Source: the human T2T-CHM13v2.0 reference genome, Homo sapiens. Taken from it: a DNA stretch of 64,000 bases. A model generated the notes under the pieces. That model had not been told where the DNA came from, did no database searches, and saw nothing but the letters and a program-made list of their open reading frames with translations. The first letter of the stretch is position 1, and every line of letters begins with the position of its first letter. Position numbers and translations under genes: made by a program. Shown piece after piece: positions 36,550-53,648 of the stretch. The stretch lies in NCBI RefSeq assembly GCF_009914755.1, contig NC_060936.1; one strand, 5' to 3'.

Positions 36550-37811
36550 TACTTATATGACCATTTTTCTACTACTAGGCATTTAGTTTTTAACTAAACA
36601 TATTTTGGAATAATAATATGGATTTCGACCTTTTAAAAGCTCTCACTACCAGCAATGAGAAAATAAGACCTCTTTAAAGAAGGTATAGGCAGCAGTAGTT
36701 TAAAAGTATTTTAGTCATTGGTTTCCTTCAGCCAAGAAAAACAGGTACAATATCACTGAATTATGGACAAAAGCAGGAAATACCCTGAAATTTTCCCAAG
36801 AATAATATATTTCTTAAACACATGCTGATGTGAAGGTTGGACTTGTTCTAGGAAGGCTTTAGGAAAGAAAGGAGTCTTGAATAGGAGAATAAATATACAA
36901 GAGGTGGTATAAAGACATGATGTTGGGGGTAAGAGAAAAAACATGGCAAATGTCGTGAGGTGAAGAACTCAGGCTCTTAACGTGGTGCCTGGCAGAGTTC
37001 CTCTGCCATCATTGCCTTTGATGGTGACTGGATTCTGGTAAGCTTACCACAAATCCTTAAATTCTAGGCAGAACACTTGCTTAAACAAAGAATTTAAACA
37101 ACCATTTGCTAACGGTAATCTCCTGCCTACTCTAAGTGTCTTTTCACCAAATCGTTCCTCTTTTTCTATGCTATTTAGACTTTGCCAGCATTAGAGTGGG
37201 CAGCCAGATGTTATTTCACAGAATTCACACGGCTGGAATCGCTGCTGTGAGAATTCTTTTAAAGGGATGTAGAACTTATAGTCTTCCTAAAGCCCCATGT
37301 CCCTGAACTTTTGTAGCAATCTGGGGAAGATAGAATGCTGCATTATTATATTACATTTGATTTTCATTTAAATCAATTCTTTTCTTAGAAAGTTATCTAA
37401 AAATTTTGATTCATTCTACGTTTTGCCCAATATGTTTCCCATTATTTATCACAGTGTGTCTTCACAACACCCTGAGAGATGGGTAGGCCAGATGTTGCTA
37501 CTTCCATTTTCTTCAAAGAGAAGAAAACCGATGAAGAGACTGAAGGCATTGCCACCAGAACCCAGGTGTCTCATCTTTTTGGCCCAGGGTGTGTTCCTCT
37601 GACACATTAAACTGTCACCGTGGCTTTGACAGATGGCATTGGCAGAGAGTCCGTAGAGACATGGGTTGTGTCTCTGCTATTGGATATCTCAGGGAAGTTT
37701 TATACTTCAGTTTTTCAAACCTGCCATAAACCCTGAGTATTTCTTTAAGCACATATCAAAGTAGTCTATCTTAAAGTACCTCCAAGTTTTTACCAGATTT
37801 GGATTTTTTAA

Positions 37812-38750
<939 letters not shown>

Positions 38751-38983
38751 AAATTTAAAAAAATTATATAGATAATTTTTTCAAGCTGAGCCTTATATAA
38801 AATGCATTTCTGTATGTAGGTCTCCCTTTGTAAATAATATGACTTTTCTATAAACCTATAATATAAAAGACTCTTGGAGAACATACAACAGAAAAAGGAC
38901 ATGTCCACTCTATATCATACTTGAAAGTATTATTGATTTTCTTTTTAAGATAGAAAGGAAAAGTCATATTAAAAGCTACTTTT

Positions 38984-39343
<360 letters not shown>

Positions 39344-39783
39344 CTAGCCTATGAACGTGGCTGCAAGTTGACACTTGACAATACTCAGTTCAAGACTATA
39401 CCTGATACTGCCGCACTCCCTTATATTATTTCCTGTTTTCCCAAAAGATAGCAAGTGTCTTGAGGTTAATAACTGTCTTTATTTCTGTTATGTCCCTCAT
39501 AGTGTTTCCCATCATATCTGTGTTGAAATGAACATTCATGTGATGTTCCAGGAGACCCAGTCCCACTAACTTATCCAGTCTTTGAAATAAATTGCTCTTA
39601 TTCTCTGAACTGTAAAATTGAATGTTAATATTACTATTTTTTGGAATATCTTGACTCTACAATAATCTACATTTGTATGATATGGTTGCAAGCATTACTA
39701 TCATGTGAAAAAGAATAGTTTTTTTGTGCTTATTCCCTAAAAATTTTGAAGCTTTGGATATAATTTTATCAATATAGTAAGTC

Positions 39784-40040
39784 TGTGTGCGCGCGCTCTC
39801 TCTCTCTCTCTCTGGCTCACTCCCACCTTCTCTTGCCTTCCCTCACCCTCCCTCCCTTTCCTTACCTCTCTCCCTCACCTCTCCCTCTCTCCTACCTCTC
39901 TTCCTTTCTCCCTCTCTCCTTCACCTCTCCCTCTCTCCTACCTCTCTTCCTTTCTCCCTCTCTCCTTCTCTCCCTGTCTTTCCCTCTCCCTCTCCTTCCT
40001 CTCTCCCTCTCTTCTTCTGTCCCCTTCTCCTTCTCCTTCT
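39784..40040. repeat. (TG)(CG)(CT) junction followed by a ~240-bp polypyrimidine tract
   Basis: Read directly; includes a 46-bp perfect tandem duplication at 39875-39966. Confidence 0.9.
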
Positions 40041-40195
40041 GCCATAAAATGAAAAATAAAAAAAGTAGTGAATAAGAGTAAGTAAATAATAGAAAAGCAA
40101 GAGCCCATCACCCCCTGAATCTCTTGTAGATTGTTTTTAAGGTATGAGGAAACCTCTTAGGTTTCTAGGTTTCTCTTAATTTCTCCCATTAGAAT

Positions 40196-41533
<1,338 letters not shown>

Positions 41534-41573
41534 TGATAGTATTTTTTAAAACTACAAAAAAACAATGTACATA

Positions 41574-42674
<1,101 letters not shown>

Positions 42675-43271
42675 TGTCCTTTCAGCTTTTAGATAGAAGG
42701 GAGAAAGAGGTCAACTCAGATATCCAGAACCAAACTAATGAAGTTATATTGTTCTTTTCTATTTCTGATCAAATACGTTTCTAAACAGCCATTCCAGGCT
42801 CTAATATAACAAGTATAACACAACTTGTATTCTAGCAGTGTGGGGATTCATGTCCATGTCTACAAAACATTCTTCCTCTCCCCAATTTTCCTAATGGCTT
42901 ACAACTTAATATTTTAAACACTTATAGAAAATTTCAAAAAATGCAAAAAAATAAAAAATAAAAATAATGCAACCATATCTCAACTATGACAATAATCAAC
43001 TAATGGCCAATCTAGCTTCCTTCACACTCCTACTCATTTTCCTTGCCCCCAACAACCTAGATTTTTCTCCATCATAGTACTGCAGCTGCAAATATTTTTG
43101 TACATATGCTTAAAAGATAAGGACTCCTTTTTTGAACATCATCACACTGCCCCAAAAGCAACAATAGATGCTTAATATCATCACATATTCAGTGTTCACA
43201 TTCCCTAATTGTCCTTATAAATGTCCTCTTAAAAATCTTTGCTTGCCTATTGGGAAAAATTAGTCATATTA

Positions 43272-44185
<914 letters not shown>

Positions 44186-44578
44186 TCAAATAAAAAAATT
44201 GTTATGTAGCAAAAACAACCATTTCCAGATGATGCAAGAGTTCAAAATGCTGGCCTGAAGAAGTCTATGAAAATGTCAAGTCATGCCTTTGCGAGGAGAT
44301 AACTACTTGGCATATACCTTTCCCTGAATGATAAAGAAGGAAAGAAAAAATGTACTTCCAGTAAACATATTCATTAGCCACAGAGAGCTGCATATAAACA
44401 TGATGCTTGGAAAACAAATGCTCTGCAGTAAATGGGAATTGAGAAAATAGGTAATAAGTTGCAAATCTGAAAATCATTTCTTTATTTCAATGTAAGGTAA
44501 GTTTATAAACAGTCAGACCAAAAGGTCTGCTTTTAAAGTTTTGCAAATGCTGGTCAGATTGATTAGTCCTTTTTTGAA

Positions 44579-44634
44579 TTTTTTTTTTTTTTTTTGAGAC
44601 GGAGTCTCGCTCTGTCGCCCAGGCTGGAGTGCAG
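44579..44634 (-). mobile_element. Severely 5'-truncated Alu (about 39 nt plus tail)
   Basis: T17-gagacggagtctcgctctgtcgcccaggctggagtgcag, then unique sequence. Confidence 0.85.
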
Positions 44635-45669
44635 TTTTTTAATCCTAAAGCTTTTTAATTTAAGGCTTTTTAATTTTCAGTTTGCTTACTCCATTCTTTT
44701 GTAAAAGAAAAAAATCACTTTAGATTAAATGAAATTGTAATTAAGGCTTCTACTTCCATTTCTCACCTTACGAGCTTATCTTCTGGATCCCCCACTTAAA
44801 AAACAAAGTTCCCTTTTCATTTAAAAATTAAAGAAACTCCTGGGTTAGTACTTAACACAAACAAACTAATAATTACCATGTAATAGAAGCAACAGGACAA
44901 GCTCACAGTAATATTACAATGCAGGAGGTAAAAACTTGGGCAACATAGAAAGAAGGCTCCGTTTCTTAGTCTGTAAATGGGGACAATAAATAGCTGCCTC
45001 ATAAGGCTGATGCTGGGATCAGTCAAATGAGATCATGCAAAGCACCCAGCACTGGCTAACACTCAATAAAAAAATAGCCATTATGATCATTAGGAAGATA
45101 TAGGAAGAGACTTTTGTCATTGTCACAGTTTAATCTTGAAAAGGAACTTACTGTATGGTAGCATTCTGAGTCAGTTACAAGAGAAAGTAACAAGTGACCT
45201 GCATTGCTGAGGATCCTGCCTCCTCCAAGCTACCCTGCTACATTGTTAAAACACCCTGGGGGAGAAAAGTATCCTATTCAGCCAATGTTAAACTGTTTCC
45301 TTTTCTGAAAGTTAGAAATAGATGAAAATAGCATAAGAAATAACTCTGTATATAGTAAGTTCTGGGTAAGACAATATTGTGGTAAGTGAACTAAACAAAG
45401 ATTAATCTGAAATTGGACTCTGATCCCCAAGTGAACCAGCCAGTGTAGCCCAGTCCTTACTGGACCTGAGGAGGAAAAACAAGCCTGTGTCTATCTCAAG
45501 CGTGATCTGGCTAGATATGATCTAAACTTTGAAAAGTGCCTAAGCATGTTTCAGATGCATATTATGTGTTAAATACTAAGCAGGGAGCTCTGAGCTGGGG
45601 CAGTGCACCCTGATGCTGAGGAACTGACATAGGAAAATGAACACCTAGCATTGTAATTTGGCCTTTTGC

Positions 45670-45979
45670 TATTTATTTATTTATTTATTTATTTATTTTG
45701 AGACGGAGTCTCTCTCTGTGGCCCAGGTTAGAGTGCAGTGGTGCAATCTCGGCTCACTGCAACCTCCGGCTCCTGGTTCGAGCGATTCTCCTGCTTCAGC
45801 CTCCTCAGTACCTGGGATTCCAGGCACACGCCCCCACGCCCAGCTGATTTTTGTATTTTTAGTAGAGATGGGGTTTCACCATGTTGGCCAGGCTGGTCTC
45901 GAACTCCTGACCTGAGGTGATCCACCTGCCTCGGCCTCCCAAATTGCTGAGATTACAGGCATGAGCCACCACGCCCAGC
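45670..45979 (-). mobile_element. Alu
   Basis: Dimeric Alu. Confidence 0.95.
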
Positions 45980-46409
45980 CTATTCTCTCATTTTAGTCAG
46001 ACAAGTTTTCTTTTCTGTTAGATCTCTCCCCAATAATTGCAAAAACCAACCAAATAAATAAGTATGGGAGAGAGGTGGTTATTTATATTATGAAAGCATT
46101 CTTCAGTTTAATTCATTGCAGAATCTAAGATCCTTTCCTCCACAGTGTTAAAATCCATAGCCCTCTCAATTACTCTTCCACGCTTTGAGGAAAAGGAAGA
46201 CAGGGAGGAGAGATCTCCAATGGAAATTTCCTTGTTAATAACATCTTATGTTTCTCTAAATGTTTTACAGTTTCAAAGCACTTTCAGACTCACTCTGGTA
46301 TGTTAGTTAAGCCTTGTGCAAGATACCATAAATCATATTATACTCAATTAAGAGGTGAGAAAAGACAAGGCTCAGAGGTGAAGCAAATATAAATAGTAGT
46401 AATTAGTTT

Positions 46410-46442
46410 TATATATATATATAACTAATATATATAACATTC

Positions 46443-46500
<58 letters not shown>
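46410..46500. repeat. Compound (TA)n(GA)21 microsatellite inside a MIR relic
   Basis: Read directly from the sequence. Confidence 0.95.
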
Positions 46501-46502
<2 letters not shown>

Positions 46503-46861
46503 CGCAATTGGTACATGTGAGACCTGAAGCCAAGATTTTTAAACTAAGTCCAGTGGCCAAGAAGCTGAAGCAAGTAGCTCACACTCACTGCCTTGGTGTT
46601 GCTGTTTTTCCTCCCTTCCGTGATTTGGTTCTAAGCATCTTCCCTTTTTTTTCTCAGTTAATTCTGATTCATGACTTCCCTCATGTAATTAATAAATGGG
46701 AAAGACTTGAGTGAACAAATATTCAGCCAACTAGTATTTATTGAGCAACAACTAGAAACCAGAACTTTGAAGGGTTTTAAACAAAGGAAATGGAATCTCT
46801 TTGTCATTTAAAAGGCCACAATAAAACAAATAAAAGTAAAAAATAAAAAAGACCATAGTGA

Positions 46862-47182
<321 letters not shown>

Positions 47183-49027
47183 TCACATATTAGCCATAGC
47201 GGACTCCCCAGCTAGATGTTTTCTGCCTGTGTTTGTAAATCCTGGACATAGTTAAATTTCAAGTGCCTTCAATAAGAAATCAATGGCTTGGAAAACATCT
47301 CTGCGCAGTCTTGATAAGATTTCTAATTGTGGTGAAGCCTCATTCCTTAAATTATTTATTCAACACTAACCCATTCTACAAACTTACATCTGCTGGGCTC
47401 TGGGAGTAACAAGATGAGTTAGATGCAGCAGTCCCAAATCTAAAGGAGGTTGGAGACTAGAAAGACCAGTGCCTGCTCTGAGCTCTCCAGTGGTCCCCAG
47501 CCTCTCAGTCAGGCCTCACAGGCCCCTCTGCCAGAGGCGGAACCAGCTTGCCTCCGCTCTGCAGCCACACTGGCCTTTTCTTTCATTTCTGAGAACTCTC
47601 CTCACTCCCTCCCACTTTGGGCTCTGCAGAAATCCCAGTTCCCTTTGCCTTGAAAGCTCTTGGTCAATTTAGCTCCTCCTCCTTCAGCCCTCAGCTCCTG
47701 CCTTGCTGCCCCAATAATCTTTTTCTGACTGCAGATCTGGTCAAATCTTTGTCTGAAACCTTAGAGCCCATTACATTTGTAGTTTTACGTGTACACGTGT
47801 GATCATTTAATATTTGACGGTGTGCTCTCAGGTGCCTACGCTCCTGGAGAGGCAGGGGCTGACTGGTTTTGTTAGATGCCAGTGCCTGACACACAATAGG
47901 CCCTCAAGGGGTGAAAAACCAACCAACCAAGTCAGGACCCAAGCAACCTGGGCCTCTGTGGAAGGGCAGAATGGCCTGAGTTTGGGTTTCTCGAGCTACC
48001 TTAAGATCAGGCCTCCTGGCTCCTATCTTAGCCCTTCTAACACTCTGAAGTGTAGAGGTTGTTTGTTCCAAGTCCCCAAGGTACTGTAAGCTCCCAGATA
48101 GCAGAAATCCCATTATATTTTAGTGCTGTGGCCCCAGCATCCAGCTGCGCTGTTACTTAGCATGAGATCCACATGAAAACCATTTCGCAACTATTAGCCA
48201 TTGCCAGTATTAATACTTTCCGGAAGGTGGCACAAAGTGGGGGATGTTATAGACAGCTTCAAAGAAACGTTTAAGCTAGAGTTGACTCTTTAAATAATAC
48301 AAGCCATCCCCAACCAAAGATTAAAAATTTAAATACAAAAAAAAAAAAAGGAAATTTGCCTACCCCCCATTTGTGAAAACAAAGAAAAAAAAAACAGTTA
48401 ACGTCTTAACTTTTCTAGGCCTTCACTCTCGCCTCTCCCCGCGCTACAAGGGCGAATTCTGGACGTATCTACACAGTCACCGCGGAGTCTGCAATCGCCG
48501 CGACGTCCCCTGGCATTTCTTGGCCAGGCTGCAACTTTGGTGACGGTGTATGTAGTTACATCCCCTGTAGTGCAGCTGGTATTTAGGGTCCTCATTGGCA
48601 AAGTTGAGGGTATAAGCAGGGAGGGAGGGGACCTTGGCTTCTTTCCATTCACTGGCATGTTTTCGGGGCACGGTCATCCCACGCTGGGCTCCAGCGCCAG
48701 TCCCAAGGCCTCGCCGAACTCCAGCCCGGGAGTGCGCGCGGCCCCGCCCACCGGGCGGCCGAGGTCCCGCCCCTACCTCCCCCGCCACACCTACCCACCC
48801 ACCCCATTGCAATGGTCTCTGCACGCAGGCGCAGTGGCGCGCGGGGGAGGCGGGGCGCATGTGGGCTTCATTTAAACAGAGCAGAGGGGGCGGCGCGCGG
48901 TCGCCGCGGTGCTGCTGCTCAGTGGGAGCGGGTCTTCGCAACTGTCTCCGCGTGGCGCGCGCCTCTAGCCGCCCTTCCCCTGGCGGCTACGGCCGGAGGG
49001 AGCGGAGGCGAGCGGGAGTCGGGCTCC

Positions 49028-49090
49028 ATGGAGAGCGGCGGACAACTGGGCAGAGGCGGAGCTTTCATCTCGGCACCCTGGTTCCAGTGA
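49028..49090 (+). other. Candidate upstream ORF (MESGGQLGRGGAFISAPWFQ*) in the NUDT4 leader
   Basis: Only ATG between ~48880 and 49297; context ctccATGG; stop TGA 49088-49090. Relevant only if the TSS is upstream of 49028. Confidence 0.55.
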
Positions 49091-49266
49091 CCCGCGCTAG
49101 CGTCCCGTCCCGCCCGCGTCGGAGCGGCCGCCGGCCCCGGGACTGACCGGCCTCGCCGCACCTCCCGCACCGACTAGCGCTCCCGGGCGCTCCTGCGCCC
49201 GACTCGCCCTCGCCCCCACTCCCCGGCGGGGTGGCGGCGGCCGGGCCCCCACGGCGGCGGCCGGAG

Positions 49267-49284
49267 CAGCAGCAGCAGCAGCAG
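49267..49284 (+). repeat. (CAG)6 trinucleotide run in the NUDT4 5' leader
   Basis: ccggag(cag)6gagccc, ending 12 nt before the first ATG and in frame with it. Confidence 0.95.
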
Positions 49285-49296
49285 GAGCCCGCCTCT

Positions 49297-49395
49297 ATGA
49301 TGAAGTTCAAGCCCAACCAGACGCGGACCTACGACCGCGAGGGCTTCAAGAAGCGGGCGGCGTGCCTGTGCTTCCGGAGCGAGCAGGAGGACGAG
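49297..49395 (+). CDS. NUDT4: NUDT4 (DIPP2, Nudix diphosphoinositol polyphosphate phosphohydrolase 2), coding part of exon 1; rest of gene lies beyond the window
   Basis: Translates to MMKFKPNQTRTYDREGFKKRAACLCFRSEQEDE (33 codons), then phase-0 donor GAG|GTAGGG at 49396. KFKPN..YDRE..SEQEDE distinguishes it from NUDT3 (KLKSN..YDGD) and NUDT10/11 (KCKPN..YDPE). The intron shows it is the parental locus, not an intronless retrocopy. Confidence 0.96.
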
Positions 49396-50909
49396 GTAGG
49401 GCGCCCGGCGCCGCACGCTGCCCTCCGGGGCGCCGGGGTCTAGGGCCCGGGTGCTTCCCCTCGCTCCCCGCCCCTGCGCAGGCTGCGGGGCTGGGAGGGA
49501 TTAGCCCCCTTCCTCCCTCCCTCCTTTCCTCCCTCACTCCTTTCCTCCCTCACTTCTTCCTTCCTTTCTCTGGGCTGATAGATGAGACAAAGGGGGCTCG
49601 CCCAGCCCCAGTTTCTCCATCTGGGCACTCGAGAAGGCGCCTGGTCCCCGGGAAGGTCCCGGGCCGCGTAAGTCTCGCCTAGCGGGAGTCACCATCTTAA
49701 CGTGCGAATTGAGTTGAAAGCCGGATAAACCTCGAGTGCTCAGCGAGAGGAGGGTGGAAATGGCGTGAGTGTTGCAGCAGAGCCCTTGTGCCTCTTTTAC
49801 ATATTTTCCTTCCATGTTACAGCCGTTTGCGGTCTCGGATTCGATCTAAGCATGTTTGTGGAGTAACAGACAGTCCTCGTGCTTGGAATTGAGTCTAGTC
49901 TTGGCAATTCTTGTGGGTCCATGAACCCGCAAGCTGTTGGCATAATTATGCCTCATTTTTAAAACGGCCTTCCCTTCTTAAAGTTTTCTGACTGCAGAAA
50001 AATGGTTAGTGAAAAATGTGGAATAATGCCAAAAGGGAGACGATGGACTAGAGATGGGCAAAGCTGCCATTTTCAGACAGTAATCTCCAGCTCTCAGCTT
50101 ATGTATAAAGGGTTCTTTGCTGTCTGGCTTGACATCTGGAAAGGAGTAGCCTTTCTCGTTCTCAGAGCAGTCGTTCTTGGATAATTTACCCATCTGCATT
50201 GGGCTGAGAATGAGACCCTTGGGGTTTCCCTGGAGAGCGATTTTTACTTAATTCAGTAGTATTTATTTAAAATGGCTAACTGTTGAAGTTTGCTTAGGGC
50301 AATAGTAGCCTTTTGGTATTGCCACTCTTAAGATAAATTACATAGGTGAAAAAAATTAACATTCTGAGTTCTGCTTTCATAACCAACCGTGTATAAAATA
50401 CTAGGCTAAGGCTGGAGATGGGAATTTAATGGCTTCCTTACTGCTAGTCCCTGTAGTTGTGATGAATATGACACAGAATACACTCAGTGGCTTAGTTCTT
50501 GTTATGTTAACGAAAAGTTCTCGAAATTTGCCCTTCAAACCCTTGTTTTGCCTTTATTTTTTTTTGAAAAGAAACCAAGCCCTTTAAATGGGTTGCTCTG
50601 TGCTCACTCATAACCTTTACGTATTAGACTTGAATCCCAAACGAGTGTGCAGAGAAATACGGCCCCAGCCTTTGAGATGGGTCTGCTTAGGAGAGCTAGA
50701 AACTGCAAAGGGAAAGGTTATTAACTTTTACAAAATGAACAAGTCAACAAGCATTAAGTGTGTTCTGTAAAAAAGATAAAGCCTTAGCGGAAAGGGGCCA
50801 TGTTGAGGCAAAGTAGTAAACTTTAAATATAAAAGAAATGATAGCCAAAAGGGATCAAGATAGATCAAGGATCTTGTCTGGTTTCCTCAATATTGTGTAA
50901 TGATATTCT

Positions 50910-51100
50910 TAATTGAGTGCTTACAATGTGCCAGGCGCTGCCAGAAGAAAACTTGTTATACATTTAATCCTTTTAACACTGGGAGGTAGTGAAGTTACTC
51001 CCATTTTATAGGTGAGGAGACAGTTGCAGAGCATAAGTACCTTCCCAAATGACACAATTAGGAAGTGGTAGAGTCAGGATTCAGGGTCCAGTCCTTACTC
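50910..51100 (-). mobile_element. MIR
   Basis: ttgagtgcttacaatgtgccaggc..cccattttataggtgaggagac..aagtggtagagtcaggattc. Confidence 0.7.
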
Positions 51101-52948
51101 CTGATGTTGGGCTCTGTTTGTTGAGTGAGTGAGATTTTTGTGAGGCTAAGTTTGGAAGCCTATCTGAAAGTGGTGACTGAAGTGTTGCCATAATGTGAAC
51201 TTGGAATTCAGGCTTTGTAAAAATACTAGACTCTAGGGGAAAATATGAGTGATGGAAATTGAAATGATGATCTCTATTGTGCTTATGGTAAAGCAAAGAC
51301 TGATAGAAGCTTTAGGAATTACTTTAGCAATAAAAATAAATGATTATTTTTATGCTTGGATATTATTTCTACTGAAATAAATACTAAATTCATAGCCTCT
51401 AGTTGAGTCAAGAGACCCGTGTCATTAGGTAAGGTGAAGTAGGGAGCAAGTTTTGGAGAATGTATTAGAAAAATCCATTGTATAAAACTTTGTAAATCTG
51501 ATAACCTGTAGGTTGAGAATTGAAGAGAGTGAGTCATCTTGTTAGAGGATATGATCTGAGGGAAGACTCTAGAATTCTCCTTAAGTGAAATGCACAGCCA
51601 ATTTTAACATCTGGTTTAGCTCTTCAGAATTTTCATTTCTGTGATTGTGTGTAGTTGAGGCTTTATCTATTACATGATTATTACAGAATAAACTCTGTTA
51701 GCTTTCCTGGAGATTCTATTGTTTCTCTATGAATTTGCCTTCACTCTGTTGAAATTGCATTGCCAGACTTCCCAGGACAGTCTAGAAAACCAGCTTGAGC
51801 CCACCTCTCTAGTTAATAGGTGAGAAATGTTTCCCTCTACTGGATGAAAAACACCTAGATCCTGGTTAGAAGATTTAAATGTATGTTTTGTTTGAGGATG
51901 AAATGTTTATATAGAGTACAAATGGAAGTAAAAGAGTAATTGCAATTTGACCCCAAAAAAGCTACGTGGCGCTCCCATCTGGCTGTTCCTGTACTGAAGT
52001 TCTCAGTAAGTTTCTACTTTAAAACAGATTGTTCTAGGAAAGAAGGTTGTTCTAAGAGCAGAGTTATTCTTTTAAGGTGGCTTTATATATTAAATATTTT
52101 CCATTTTATCTTTTTCTGTTCTGTAGGGTAAATAAGTATTAGTATTTGTTTAGGAAGAAATTAGGTAGCAGAAGTAACCTATCCCAAGGTCACAGAAGCT
52201 GGCAGATCCTTTTGAGCTCTGGTCCTTTGTTTCTAAATGTTTTGTTTATTTGACCTACCTCCCCAGCTAGTTATTTCTGTGGGGAAGCACCCTCAGTTTT
52301 GGCCGCTGGGCTTCTAGACAGGCCCACAGCTAATTGCCCTGTAGAGTAGCTGGGTACTGTGCTTGTACAGTGAAAGATGACAATGCTTTTACAAATAGGT
52401 AATCAGAAATGGATTCTGTTGAATGTATTTGCATATATGATAGTTTAAAAGGGGATGAAGAGATGAGGTCTTAGCTCCTAAGAATCATTCTGTAGGGAAA
52501 GGTTGGACAAGGGATCAATGGAAAGGGAAATAAAGTAAGGGAAAAGTGCGGTCGGGTATTCTGGGGTTCAGATCCAATGTGAGTCATTTGGAGTTGGATG
52601 TGGGTGACTGGGAGAGGAGGGACCAGGCGTCCCAAATAGAGCAAGACTTGGGGCTGTGATAGATTTGGCTGCAGCTTAGGGATAGCATAGAATCAGTAAT
52701 AGTTGAAAAATTTGCAACACTTCAAATGTAAGGTTGAGAAGTTGCTACGCAAGAACAAAGTTTTGTTTTGAACTTAGTTTTGAACAAAGAACATTGAGAT
52801 AGTAGATGTGTTCAAGCTTGAGAGTGATCTGGCAGCAAAATAGGTTTAGACTGCTAAGGGGAGAAGTAGAATGACTTGATCCTGTGTGAAATCCAGACAT
52901 AGTTGCAAGAGAGGCATTAACAAATCAGTCTGAAGGACTAACCACTAC

Positions 52949-53299
<351 letters not shown>

Positions 53300-53648
53300 T
53301 TAGCTTTTAAGCTCTATGAGCCAGGGGCTGTCTTCTACAGATGGTCTGCTATAATGCTGAATATATATTCCTGAAAAATCTTGAGCTGTACAAAATCATG
53401 CAGTAAAGCTTTGGTGGGAAAGGTCAAGTCTGAAAACCTAAAACCAGAGCTCCGATGAGCAACAATACTAATTCAAAATATTACTAGAGTTAAATCTCAA
53501 CTAGCATTTTTATACTTAGAATCAACAGTCAGTCCACCCTTTTCACACATACTCTGGGGCTCATAGTTCTTCAGAGTTAAGTCCTTGAAGGTATTTCTTT
53601 CAAATGGAGACCACTTTCATCAAAAATAAGTACTATCCAAAGGTAGCC

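Larger units (their letters stand above)
48430..49850. promoter_or_regulatory. NUDT4: CpG island / NUDT4 promoter and 5' leader
   Basis: Abrupt rise in GC and CpG content. Sp1 box GGCCCCGCCC 48740-48749, GAGGCGGGG ~48847-48855, NRF1-like CGCAGGCGCA ~48824-48833, TATA-like TTTAAA 48871-48876. TSS inferred near 48900, not directly visible. Confidence 0.9.

Noticed and set aside
39785-40075. L/P/S-rich ORFs
   Set aside because: Translation of the polypyrimidine tract
48398-49815. Overlapping GC-rich ORFs on both strands, including 48634-49146 in the NUDT4 frame
   Set aside because: Expected from stop-codon scarcity in a CpG island. 48634-49146 ends at TGA before the CDS, and 49231-49443 is exon 1 read into the intron.
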